A stretch of 40,845 nt of DNA from a virus (IMGVR_UViG_3300032216_001937:1-40845); one strand, 5' to 3'. Shown: positions 26,365 through 36,070, counted from the stretch's first letter. The notes: a model not told the origin generated them from the letters alone. Program-made: numbers and translations.

Positions 26365-27581
26365 GAACAACAAGTTCTAATAAAAATCTACAAACGCTTT
26401 TAAGTAAAACGTTTAATATTAATACAAATGCAGAACAATACACTGGCACATATAATGCAATTGTATTGCAAACTGATGCTTCTGTAGCACATTTAAGTCC
26501 ACCGCCAATTCCAACGGGTCAAATGACTATTTTGATTCCGGAAATTAGCGCTACTTCTGTTTGGGGTCCTTTACCATATCCTGGTTCAACCGCACCACCA
26601 CTTAAGACAAACGCTACAGTAACTTTTGACCAAAATAGCAATCCAATTGTTCACTCTTTTATTAATTGGTCTTACAGTGGTGGTTCTCAAGGCGTACAGG
26701 GCCCTCAGGGCTCACAGGGCCTTCAGGGCGCTCAAGGACTTCAAGGTATACAGGGTGCGGGTCTACAGGGTGCGGTTGGAACGCAAGGCTCACAGGGCCT
26801 TACAGGTGCCACTGGAACGGGCACACAGGGGCCTCAAGGATACTCTGGAACGCAAGGACCACAAGGTTACGGTGGTATTCAAGGTGCCACTGGACCACAG
26901 GGTTCACAGGGACTTCAAGGAACAACAGGCGCACAAGGTTCAACAGGTGCTCAGGGAGCACAGGGCTCAACTGGAGCGCAAGGTTCTACTGGTTCTCAAG
27001 GCCCTCAGGGATATCAAGGTTCTTTAGGCTTAACTGGTTCTCAGGGATTTCAAGGGTATCAAGGAAACCAAGGATTTCAGGGTTTAACCGGCGCACAGGG
27101 CGCACAGGGAACTCAAGGAAACCAAGGAACCCAAGGAAATCAAGGGCCAGTAACAACCAATACAGTTCTTACTGCACCCATTGAAAAAACAACGGTTATA
27201 GCATCTGCGTTAACAGGTGCTCAAACCCTTTATTTTACCACAAACGGTGGTGGATATTTATATTCTGTTGCAGCAACAGGTAATTTTTCTTTTAACATCG
27301 CAGCAACATCTGGCTCTACTTTAGATAGTCTTTTAAGCACCGGTCAAACTGCAAACGTAACCGTTATAACAACCCAAGGTTCTACCCCCTATTACTGTAC
27401 GGACATTAAAATAGACGGCACCTCTCAGTCCGTTTGGAATGGCTCTACAGGAACTCTTTTTTGGCAGGGTGGCTCTGCTCCTTCAGCGGGCAACGCTTCT
27501 GGACTTGATGTTTATTCCATTTCTTTAACAAAAACAGCATCTGCGACATACACCGTTTTAGCAAGTATGGTCAAGTTTTAA
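26361..27581 (+). CDS. baseplate spike-like OB-fold fused to a collagen-like stalk and C-terminal fibre domain
   Basis: N-terminus G.Y.A.V...G...I.IP.I...WGP...P.....V.V.F...P.V (gp5/gpV OB-fold pattern); about 50 G-X-Q/T triplets; C-terminal beta domain. Confidence 0.75.
   Translation: MRTTSSNKNLQTLLSKTFNINTNAEQYTGTYNAIVLQTDASVAHLSPPPIPTGQMTILIPEISATSVWGPLPYPGSTAPPLKTNATVTFDQNSNPIVHSFINWSYSGGSQGVQGPQGSQGLQGAQGLQGIQGAGLQGAVGTQGSQGLTGATGTGTQGPQGYSGTQGPQGYGGIQGATGPQGSQGLQGTTGAQGSTGAQGAQGSTGAQGSTGSQGPQGYQGSLGLTGSQGFQGYQGNQGFQGLTGAQGAQGTQGNQGTQGNQGPVTTNTVLTAPIEKTTVIASALTGAQTLYFTTNGGGYLYSVAATGNFSFNIAATSGSTLDSLLSTGQTANVTVITTQGSTPYYCTDIKIDGTSQSVWNGSTGTLFWQGGSAPSAGNASGLDVYSISLTKTASATYTVLASMVKF
26682..27152 (+). 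repeat. collagen-like (Gly-X-Gln/Thr)n coding repeat
   Basis: 9-nt period GGN NNN CAR. Confidence 0.95.
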
Positions 27582-27585
27582 ATAC

Positions 27586-27613
27586 TTGAAATTGTTTAAA
27601 AAGGGTGTATGCT
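27586..27613 (+). promoter_or_regulatory. internal sigma70-type promoter giving a leaderless mRNA
   Basis: aatacTTGAAA-N16-TATGCT, 7 nt, then ATG 27621; no SD sequence. Confidence 0.6.
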
Positions 27614-27620
27614 TCTTACT

Positions 27621-28862
27621 ATGCTGAGCATTTTTACACCTAGTCACGACCCCAAATACCTCGACGAGGCATATGAGAGTCTAAAGTCTCAAACTAACGA
27701 AGCCTGGGAATGGATTGTCGTTTTAAACGGCAAAGCCGAATGGTCCAGACCAGAGTACGACGACCGTGTTAAAGTTGCTTATGCTAAACCACAACTAGGT
27801 GGCAATGTTGGTGCGCTTAAAAGATATGCTGCCGAACTTTGCACCGGTGACATCCTGGTTGAACTAGACCACGATGACATTCTTATGCCTACCGCATTAG
27901 AAGAAGTACAAAAAACATTTGACGAAAATCCAAATGTTGTTTTTGTTTACTCAGATTTTTCTTACATTAATGCAGATGGAACACCAAACTTTAGCAAATA
28001 CGATGCTTCGTTTGGTTGGGAGTACCACGAAGAAGATGGCTACAATGTTTGCCACGGTCTTGCGCCAAGTCCCCACAACGTTTCACTAATTTGGTACGCA
28101 CCAAACCATATTCGTTCTTTCCGTGCTGATGCTTATCGAGCAACAGAAGGATACAACAAAAACATGAAGGTTTTGGACGACCAAGACATTATGTGCAAAA
28201 TGTTTATTCAAGGTGATTTCTATCACATCAAGAAGAACCTTTACCTTCAACGCGTACACCCAGAAAACACACAGGCAAAGTCTGACATCAATCCGTTTAT
28301 TCAAACGGAAACAGTTCGCATGCGTGACAAAAACATTCAACCACTTCTTTTGGCTTGGGCAAAGCGCAACAACCTTATGGCAATTGACATGGGTGCTGCA
28401 CACAATCCAACACCAGGATATGCAACACTAGACATGCACGAACCAGCAGACCTTGTTGGTGACGTATTTGACATTCTTGAAAGCCTTGATGACAATAGCG
28501 TTGGTGTTATCCGCGCTGTTGACTTCCTAGAGCACATTCCAGACAAGGTTCGCCTTTGGAATGAAATGTACCGAGTTCTTGCTCACGGTGGAATGGTTCT
28601 AAGCCTTACACCAAGCACAGATGGTCGTGGAGCATTCCAAGACCCAACGCACAATAGTTTTTATAACGAAAATTCATTCTGGTATTTTGCAGACGAAAAC
28701 TACCGCAAGTATGTTCCAGAACTAAAAATGGATTTTCAAGCAACCGTGCTTCAGACGTATTTTCCAAGCGACTGGCACAAACAACACAACATCTCCTACG
28801 TAAACGCCAACCTTATTGCTCTTAAGGGTGGTGAGCGCCAGGGAGGCAGATTAGGAATCTAA
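27621..28862 (+). CDS. GT2 glycosyltransferase fused to a class I SAM-dependent methyltransferase
   Basis: LSIFTPSH, ELDHDD (DxD), DDQD; C-terminal IDMGA, DFLEH, EMYRVL..GG, AFQDPTH. Likely start 27621 (ORF track 27609). Confidence 0.92.
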   Translation: MLSIFTPSHDPKYLDEAYESLKSQTNEAWEWIVVLNGKAEWSRPEYDDRVKVAYAKPQLGGNVGALKRYAAELCTGDILVELDHDDILMPTALEEVQKTFDENPNVVFVYSDFSYINADGTPNFSKYDASFGWEYHEEDGYNVCHGLAPSPHNVSLIWYAPNHIRSFRADAYRATEGYNKNMKVLDDQDIMCKMFIQGDFYHIKKNLYLQRVHPENTQAKSDINPFIQTETVRMRDKNIQPLLLAWAKRNNLMAIDMGAAHNPTPGYATLDMHEPADLVGDVFDILESLDDNSVGVIRAVDFLEHIPDKVRLWNEMYRVLAHGGMVLSLTPSTDGRGAFQDPTHNSFYNENSFWYFADENYRKYVPELKMDFQATVLQTYFPSDWHKQHNISYVNANLIALKGGERQGGRLGI

Positions 28863-29555
28863 ATGGCCGAGCCAATAACAGACTTAACCGCCAACTGGGT
28901 TGACGGAACATCTATTGACCTTAAGTGGACTGCCGCTGCAGACGTTTCTACTGGCTCAACATACAACGTTTACATTCTTCAAGGCACCAAAAATATAATT
29001 CCTTTTTGGTTTCTGTTAAATAGCACCACGTCAAGCCTTGTTTACAACGCTAAGTTTTCTAATTATTCTTTAACTGCACCAGTAACTTATTACAATCTTC
29101 CGTGGGAAAAATACCAATTGTTTCTTTCTAACGGTTTAATTGCACCAAATTCTGTTGCTTTTCAAATTGTGCACGTTGACTCAACAGGGGCAGAAAGTAT
29201 ACCAACAAACATATCTGTTTACCCTGGTCAAATTACAAAAAAATATGGTCAATTACATTTTTCAAACACAATAAAGATAGACCCATTTGGTCAATTTGTT
29301 TTAAATCCTCAAAATTCGTATGAAGAAATATCTTCAAGTGTTGCCATGTTTATGGGAACCGAATTAGGACAAAGAACAGCCGTTCCATCGTACGGTCTTC
29401 AAGACCTTCCTTTTAACGACATAAGCATTAAAGAAATTCAAAGACAAATTTCTAAATGGGAACCAAGGGCCAACGTGGCAATTGACATTATTTATGACAA
29501 CAACAATCAAGCAACCTTAAACGTAAAGGTTTCTACTACTTCAGGTGGCGCGTAA
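28863..29555 (+). CDS. baseplate wedge gp25/gpW-like protein with N-terminal FN3-like domain
   Basis: T.LGQR..VP.YG...I.KWEPRA; N-terminus P.TDL.A....TSI.LKW....YNVY. Confidence 0.85.
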   Translation: MAEPITDLTANWVDGTSIDLKWTAAADVSTGSTYNVYILQGTKNIIPFWFLLNSTTSSLVYNAKFSNYSLTAPVTYYNLPWEKYQLFLSNGLIAPNSVAFQIVHVDSTGAESIPTNISVYPGQITKKYGQLHFSNTIKIDPFGQFVLNPQNSYEEISSSVAMFMGTELGQRTAVPSYGLQDLPFNDISIKEIQRQISKWEPRANVAIDIIYDNNNQATLNVKVSTTSGGA

Positions 29556-32227
29556 TGGCATATATTAATCTTCCAGTTGTTACTGACAGCGATGTTTTAG
29601 TTCAACAAGCACTGACAAACATTGCATCAAACCTGCCTGGATGGGTTCCTCGTGAAGGCAACCTTGAGGTTCTTTTGTTGGAACAATTTGCTCAAATGGC
29701 AGCAGAAGCAACCAATGTTGCCTCAAACGTGCCAGACACCATTTTTGAATACTTTGGTTCTTTGATTGGAATTACACCAAACGAAGGAACCTTTGCAACA
29801 ATTACAACAACTTGGAGTCTTGTAAGCGCTGCTTCTAGCCCTGGTTACATCATTCCAGCCGGAACCGTTGCGGGATTTTTCTACGGCGGAGCAGCATACG
29901 AATTTCAAACAATTTCAGATGCAACAATTGCTGCTGGTGATTCAACCGTAAACATAACAATGCAAGCAGTAGAAGTTGGCTCTGTTTACAACATTCAAAA
30001 CATTGCTGGATTTAACCCATTAACAACTTACCTGCAACTTGTTACTCCAAATCCAACAATTTCAAACGTTATTATTACAGGAACCTACGCAACAAACACT
30101 ACTCTTGTTCTTGGTACCGATGCAGAAACAACTGCAAACTTTTTAAGTCGACTTGCTACAGAACTTCAACTTTTGGCACCAAGGCCAATTACGCCAAGTG
30201 ATTATGCTTTGTTTGCACAAAACATTGCTGGTGTTTACCGTGCTTTTGCTTTTGATGGATTTAACCCATTTACAAATCTTCTTACAGCAAATGACGCCAA
30301 CTTTACAACATACGCAACATCAAACTCTGCGCCAGCAAACTGGTCAACCTTTGGCAACGGAACCGTAAGTCTTCCAGCAATAAAGACACCAGGAACCTCG
30401 CCTGATAACTACCTTCAATTTACTTCTTCTTCTGCTGCTGTTGTTAGCGCCGCACCTGTTCAAACAGCCGCTGCCGCACAATCAACATCGCTTATTGTCA
30501 CGGCAACAGGATTTAGCACAACAATCAGTCCTTCAAATCCAGCGCTTATTCTTATTGAAGATGACATTAATGGCGATGAAATTGTTGTGGTTACCGCCGC
30601 CACTGCTGTTTCTAGTGGAAAGCAAACACTAACAATTGCTTCTCCTGGACTTGTTTACGCGCACCCAACAACTGCTACGGTTACACAACTGCAAGGTATT
30701 GTTACTCCTAACGTTGTAAATCTTGCAGCAAACGCAAACTGGTACCAATCAGCAGCAGTTATTCAAGCCGCGGGCGCAACTCCAGAAACAAACGCAACGG
30801 CTAGACCGTACATGGTTTCTGTTGCAACATACGTTGACGGTTCTATCCGACAATTTTCTAGTCTTGACCAATACGATGTTTCAAATTACACATACACCGC
30901 AAGTCCAAAAACGGTAACTTGCAACATTCTGTCTACAAACGTAGGAACATCTTTTTCACTTACCTACGATGCTGGTGTTCCATTAACTTACGCAAACCTT
31001 GACCCATACATTGTATCGGTTCAAAGTTACATTGCTTTTGCTAATGCTACAACAAGCAAAACACACAAAGTATTTTACAACTCTTTAAATCAAATTACGC
31101 TTGACTTAAACGATGTTGACAATCAATCTCTTACAACAAGTTCTTATAATTTTATTCCAGACGCTACCTTTAGTGCTTACAACTACACAAACGGCCTTGG
31201 AAGCAGTTGGGGTTATGGAAGCATGCCGTGGTCAATGCCTTCTGGTGTTGTTTGCTATCCAAACCATGGTGTTCAATACCAGGGAACCGGAACCGCACTG
31301 GGCAGTCCTTTAAAGGTTTATTCTCAGATATTCAATCTTTCAAATCTTGTTTCAGACTCCACAGCAACAACAAGAACGTACACTCTTTTTGCCAGCATTG
31401 AAGCAACATACGCGGGAGTCACATATGGTGACATTACCGTAAATCTAGTTGATGCTTCAAACACAAGCACGGTTCTTGCAACCCTTACACCTAACTCTGC
31501 TTCGTTTAAAACCTACGTTTCTACTTTTAACATTTCATCAACAAAAGATGTTCAAGTTCAGATTGTTTTTAACACCGGACTTAATGTTCCGCTTGGCTCA
31601 AGTGTTATTGTTTCAAAACTTGGTGTTGAATCAGGAACGTATGACATTCTTACAATTCCAGAATACAAACAAGAAAATTATTTTTGGACACCAGGCGGAC
31701 TTTATTCCCCATCAACATTTAATTACGCAAGAACAGTAACAGTTGCGCCTATTGATGCAAATGGACTTGCAACAAGCGCTTCTCTTGCCAGAACGGTAAG
31801 CGACTATCTTCAAGCACGTAGAGAAATTAACTTTACCGTTCAAACCATTATTCCAAATTATGTCCCCATTGACGTTGGTTGGACCGCTTATGTTGCTGCT
31901 GGCTACACAGCCGCTGCTGTACAAGCAGAAGTAAACAGCGCTATACGTGCATTCTTAAATCCATCAACATGGGCTGGCGGAGGAAAAACACCTCCATACT
32001 GGGATGGTTCAGCAACAACAGTAAGAATTTTTGACATTGCAGGAATCATATCCTCAACCCCTGGCGTTGCCAGTGTTACAAGTGTTCAAACCAGAACATC
32101 CTACCCACTTAATGGAAGTTACTCTACATCTGACATTGTTATGGCAGGAATTGCACAACTTCCTATTGCCAACGTTGTTTCTGGAACAATGTTTACTAAT
32201 GCCCTTACTGCTTACAGTGGTCTATAA
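29555..32227 (+). CDS. baseplate J-like protein with large internal insertion
   Basis: G...G....A, IPAGT, A...G..YN, G.DAET....RL, T..DY...A...GV.RA; C-terminal I...PGV.SV. Confidence 0.9.
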   Translation: MAYINLPVVTDSDVLVQQALTNIASNLPGWVPREGNLEVLLLEQFAQMAAEATNVASNVPDTIFEYFGSLIGITPNEGTFATITTTWSLVSAASSPGYIIPAGTVAGFFYGGAAYEFQTISDATIAAGDSTVNITMQAVEVGSVYNIQNIAGFNPLTTYLQLVTPNPTISNVIITGTYATNTTLVLGTDAETTANFLSRLATELQLLAPRPITPSDYALFAQNIAGVYRAFAFDGFNPFTNLLTANDANFTTYATSNSAPANWSTFGNGTVSLPAIKTPGTSPDNYLQFTSSSAAVVSAAPVQTAAAAQSTSLIVTATGFSTTISPSNPALILIEDDINGDEIVVVTAATAVSSGKQTLTIASPGLVYAHPTTATVTQLQGIVTPNVVNLAANANWYQSAAVIQAAGATPETNATARPYMVSVATYVDGSIRQFSSLDQYDVSNYTYTASPKTVTCNILSTNVGTSFSLTYDAGVPLTYANLDPYIVSVQSYIAFANATTSKTHKVFYNSLNQITLDLNDVDNQSLTTSSYNFIPDATFSAYNYTNGLGSSWGYGSMPWSMPSGVVCYPNHGVQYQGTGTALGSPLKVYSQIFNLSNLVSDSTATTRTYTLFASIEATYAGVTYGDITVNLVDASNTSTVLATLTPNSASFKTYVSTFNISSTKDVQVQIVFNTGLNVPLGSSVIVSKLGVESGTYDILTIPEYKQENYFWTPGGLYSPSTFNYARTVTVAPIDANGLATSASLARTVSDYLQARREINFTVQTIIPNYVPIDVGWTAYVAAGYTAAAVQAEVNSAIRAFLNPSTWAGGGKTPPYWDGSATTVRIFDIAGIISSTPGVASVTSVQTRTSYPLNGSYSTSDIVMAGIAQLPIANVVSGTMFTNALTAYSGL

Positions 32228-32229
32228 AA

Positions 32230-33276
32230 ATGGCAGAGGTTCTTCCACCAAGTTACAGTACGAATTCAATCTATAGAACAATTCCACAATTTATTCAAGA
32301 CCAAGATGCAACAAATAATTATGCGCTTTGGTACTACCTTTATGGAATTTGCAAAACGGTTGACCAAATAAACGTTCTTTCTCGAGATGCAGTTGGTCCT
32401 GGAATTTACATTGAAGCAGACTTTGGTCAATACACTGGTTCCAAAACAATTGATGCAAAACTTTCAAAACCAATTAGTTCATCAGACACAACAATCGAAA
32501 TTTTTAACACAGACGACTCTTGGCTTGTAATTGATACAACAGTAAGTTTTCAACTTAAAATTGTTGACATTAATAAATCAATTTCAGAAATTATAACTGT
32601 TCCGGCAGGAAATTACGCTTGGCAATCACCACACGTAACATTGACCAATGTAACTCGCGGAACCAATGCTTCTTACTTTGACGCTTCTACTGGTGCTGAC
32701 GGAAGTATTTACTTAAAAGACTATTTAGGTGCTTCGGGTTGGTCTCAAATTGTTGACATTAACAGGTGTCCAGATTACGCACTTCCTTGGCTTGGTCAGT
32801 TTGTTGGCGCAAATATTAATTTAGACTCAGGTTTAAACAGACAACAATTAGTTCAAAAAATTAAAGAACGTTCAGGATTTACAAGGGCAACTTCAAATGC
32901 AATTGTTTCTGAAATTGTTGCACTAATTAATGCAAACATTGCTTTTGATGTTCCGCCGCTTTCAACCGACAAAGTTATTGTTTTAGAAAACACACAGTAC
33001 AATTCCTCTGGAAATGCATTTTCCTATAATCAATATGCAATGACACTTTTGTTGCCATTTCAATACTTTTCAACATACACCTACCAGTCTCTTGAAGAAG
33101 CGGCTCAAACAGGTTATGGCTCAACATACACTAACCTTAATGATTTTATTACTGGTCTAGGTGGACTTTATTTTGACCTTGCTGGAAGCACTACTCCTAG
33201 CAATAACTCACCGTATTTAAATTTTGTTTATCGCTATCGCCCCGCTGGGGTACAAATCTTCGTAGGAGGATATTAA
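32230..33276 (+). CDS. baseplate wedge/tail protein I-like
   Basis: D..RCP..ALPWLGQFVG...R..I...RAT and terminal RPAG. Confidence 0.8.
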   Translation: MAEVLPPSYSTNSIYRTIPQFIQDQDATNNYALWYYLYGICKTVDQINVLSRDAVGPGIYIEADFGQYTGSKTIDAKLSKPISSSDTTIEIFNTDDSWLVIDTTVSFQLKIVDINKSISEIITVPAGNYAWQSPHVTLTNVTRGTNASYFDASTGADGSIYLKDYLGASGWSQIVDINRCPDYALPWLGQFVGANINLDSGLNRQQLVQKIKERSGFTRATSNAIVSEIVALINANIAFDVPPLSTDKVIVLENTQYNSSGNAFSYNQYAMTLLLPFQYFSTYTYQSLEEAAQTGYGSTYTNLNDFITGLGGLYFDLAGSTTPSNNSPYLNFVYRYRPAGVQIFVGGY

Positions 33277-34220
33277 TGTCAACAAGTGGACAGACAACAA
33301 GGGCTAAAGTACCTTATCCATTAAACAGTGACAATGCTGCAGTGGCAGGAGACATTCAATCAATTGCTCAGTTCATTGACTCAAACGTAGCGCTTTTTGT
33401 TCAAGCAGCATCACAACCGGCATCTCCTATTAGAGGTCAAATTTGGTGGTGCACAAGCACAGCAGCGGTAGATGCCAATGGTAATTCTCAATATGGTTTT
33501 AATTGGTACGACGGAACTACATGGTTTAACGTCACCGAGCAAGCGTTCATGGTTGGAGCAGTGGCTCCCTCACCAACGTTTCTTGGAGTTCTTTGGTACG
33601 ACACATCAACGGCAAATGGAAACTTTAAATATTGGAATGGTACAGCCTGGGTTAACATTTTTCCAAGCACCACAACAAATGGTCAGGTTTTAACTTCAAG
33701 TTCAAGTGGAATTCAATGGGTAACACCATCATATCTTCCAACAACTTCTGGTGTTTCAAGTGGTTATGTTCTTTCAAATGCAAGTGGCACACCTACATGG
33801 TCTGCTATTTCATTTCCCGCAAACACCGCCCTAACCTCACCGCTAGAAACAACAAATATTGTCTCTGCCGCAGCGACCGGAACAATAAACATTGATGCAA
33901 TTACATCAACTTTTGTTTATTACAACACAGCAGCAACAGGAAACTTTGTTCTTAACGTTCGAGGAAACTCAGGAACAGCACTTAACTCAATTCTTTCTGT
34001 TGGTCAATCGGTAACCGTTACGTTTATGAACACAAACGGCTCAACACCATATTACTTAACCCAATTAAAAATTGATGGTACAAACGTAACGCCACAATGG
34101 CAGGGTGCTTTTGCTCCTGGTGCTGGATACGCTTCATCAACAGACACATACTCATTTATGATTCTTAAGACAGCCGCAAATACTTACAAAGTATTGGCTT
34201 CTTTGACACAATTCGCTTAA
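33276..34220 (+). CDS. tail fibre protein
   Basis: T.R..PYP attachment motif, two P..G.(I/L)W...W.GT.W repeats, GQVLTS...W repeats, C-terminal domain paralogous to that of 26361-27581. Confidence 0.8.
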   Translation: MSTSGQTTRAKVPYPLNSDNAAVAGDIQSIAQFIDSNVALFVQAASQPASPIRGQIWWCTSTAAVDANGNSQYGFNWYDGTTWFNVTEQAFMVGAVAPSPTFLGVLWYDTSTANGNFKYWNGTAWVNIFPSTTTNGQVLTSSSSGIQWVTPSYLPTTSGVSSGYVLSNASGTPTWSAISFPANTALTSPLETTNIVSAAATGTINIDAITSTFVYYNTAATGNFVLNVRGNSGTALNSILSVGQSVTVTFMNTNGSTPYYLTQLKIDGTNVTPQWQGAFAPGAGYASSTDTYSFMILKTAANTYKVLASLTQFA

Positions 34221-34228
34221 GGTAAATT

Positions 34229-35575
34229 ATGGCGCCGCTATCCTCAAGTTTTAACGGGTTTTCTACCCGTGCAGAAGGATTTATTTCATCTTTCATAGCA
34301 AAAGTCTATGACGGTTTTGCGCGCGTCACAACCGGCTCTCTTGGAACAGCAACCCTTGGACAGGTTTGGGTTCAAAACAATGGAATTTGGACTTCTAACA
34401 ATGGTGTTGCGGTAACCTTAACAGCAGCGTCTAATTACCCATACGCAACTGTTCCTTTTAAAACAAATGGAACAATTTCTGCGCAATCTGTAAGTCAAGG
34501 CGCTGGCATTGTTTTTTGGCAGTCTGGCGCAAACGACTGGTGGGCTGCAACAACAAGCGGAACTTCTAGCACCTACATTTCTAGTTACACTTGCAACGCA
34601 AATTCTTGCTGCACAGGTTCTAACAATTGCGTTTCAAATTCTTGTTGCACGGGTTCAAACAACTGCACATACAGTGCAACTTGTGGTGCTGGCGCAACAC
34701 CTGATGTTTACTATGCCGGAAAATATGATGCATGTTGCACTACGGTAAATACTTGTGCACCAAGCAATTCTTGTGGTGCAAGTTATTATTCGGGAACGCC
34801 AAACGATTGCTGCACAGGTTCAAACAATTGCATTGAAGGCTATAATTGTATTCCGGGTCAGGTTGGTGCCTCTTACTACCCTGGTATTTACAACGCTTGT
34901 TGTTACAGGCTTGGTTATTATGGTCACCCTTGCGTAGAATCTGCTAATTGTGGTCAATCATATTACGCTGGTACATACAGTTTATGCGCTATATATGAAT
35001 ATCTTCCATGTGCTCAAGGTAGTAACACTTGTCAATCAGACCCAAATTGTGGTCAATCATATTACGGTGGCACATACGACCCATGTTGCTCTGGTTCATA
35101 CGCCGCTTGTCAATCTTCAACAACATGCGGCGCAAGTTACACTAAGGGTTCTTACTATTCCGGTGCGCCAAACACTTGCTGTACTGGTTCAAACAATTGC
35201 CAATCTAGCGCCTGTTGCACAGGTTCCAATAACTGTGCATCAAACAATTGCTGCACTCAAACAGCAAATTACAGCCCTTCATGGAACTGGGTTCTTAACA
35301 TTATCAAGTCTGTTTCTGGAACAGTCAGCAATGTTGCCAATAGCGTTCTTGCAACATCATACTCAAACACAAATGGAATTAAAGGAATAAAAGTCACTAC
35401 AAGTGGCACAGGCGTATCTGCTCAAGGCTACAGCGACAATGCATTAACAACAACAGTTGGTTCGCCAGTAACAGCAACTGCACCATCAAAACCAACTGGA
35501 ACAGGCGTAGGGATAATTGTTACGCCTGGTGGAACAAATCAAGGTAACTCAGTCGGACCGTTTACGGCCCAATAA
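34229..35575 (+). CDS. putative fibre-tip adhesin with 36-Cys repeat insertion
   Basis: Follows the fibre; beta-rich flanks (D.F.R...GSLG...GQ.W ... TGVGI); central CC-TGSNN-C and CG(A/Q)SYY repeats. Confidence 0.7.
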   Translation: MAPLSSSFNGFSTRAEGFISSFIAKVYDGFARVTTGSLGTATLGQVWVQNNGIWTSNNGVAVTLTAASNYPYATVPFKTNGTISAQSVSQGAGIVFWQSGANDWWAATTSGTSSTYISSYTCNANSCCTGSNNCVSNSCCTGSNNCTYSATCGAGATPDVYYAGKYDACCTTVNTCAPSNSCGASYYSGTPNDCCTGSNNCIEGYNCIPGQVGASYYPGIYNACCYRLGYYGHPCVESANCGQSYYAGTYSLCAIYEYLPCAQGSNTCQSDPNCGQSYYGGTYDPCCSGSYAACQSSTTCGASYTKGSYYSGAPNTCCTGSNNCQSSACCTGSNNCASNNCCTQTANYSPSWNWVLNIIKSVSGTVSNVANSVLATSYSNTNGIKGIKVTTSGTGVSAQGYSDNALTTTVGSPVTATAPSKPTGTGVGIIVTPGGTNQGNSVGPFTAQ

Positions 35576-35584
35576 AGGATATAT

Positions 35585-36070
35585 ATGACAGACGTAAGAG
35601 ACAACATAGTTGCTTGGGCTAAGTGGGCTGCGGCTCACCATGAACAAATACATTACACACAAGGACCAAAGCGCATGGAAAATATTGGCAAGCCTGGAGT
35701 TTTGCCAATCAATGCCGATTGCAGTTCTTTTGTCACCCTTTGTTACAATTGGGCTGGCGCACCAGACCCTAACGGCATGGGCTACAACCACACAGGCTAC
35801 ACAGGCACACTACTTTCACACGGCAAGAAGATTGCTCTAAAAGATGTGCTACCTGGCGACGTAATTGTTTACGGTGCTGGCACAGGTGAGCACACAGCCC
35901 TTATTGTTGGCTATCACGGCGGCGATAACCCCACCACCATTTCTCACGGACAAGAATCAGACCCGTCTTATTGTCACGTAAAGCAAGACGGACGCAAGCC
36001 ACAAACATACCTTCGTTTTGACACAACCGCTATTGCTGACCGCAATATACATATACCTCCTAAAGCATAA
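35585..36070 (+). CDS. NlpC/P60-family peptidoglycan endopeptidase (endolysin candidate)
   Basis: HYTQG..R, DCSSFV, PGDVIVYG...HTA...SHG. Confidence 0.88.
   Translation: MTDVRDNIVAWAKWAAAHHEQIHYTQGPKRMENIGKPGVLPINADCSSFVTLCYNWAGAPDPNGMGYNHTGYTGTLLSHGKKIALKDVLPGDVIVYGAGTGEHTALIVGYHGGDNPTTISHGQESDPSYCHVKQDGRKPQTYLRFDTTAIADRNIHIPPKA

Noticed and set aside
26626-27184. Arg/Lys-rich alternative-frame ORFs (also 38676-40481)
   Set aside because: By-products of the stop-poor collagen 9-nt periodicity; no RBS.
17777-33276. Tailocin or extracellular contractile injection system
   Set aside because: Terminase, portal, protease and capsid genes are in the same operon, so this is a complete phage morphogenesis module.
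34590-35260. Possible CRISPR mini-array or DGR template/variable repeat
   Set aside because: Repeats are in-frame, vary at synonymous positions rather than only at adenines, are irregularly spaced, and no cas or reverse transcriptase gene is in the window.
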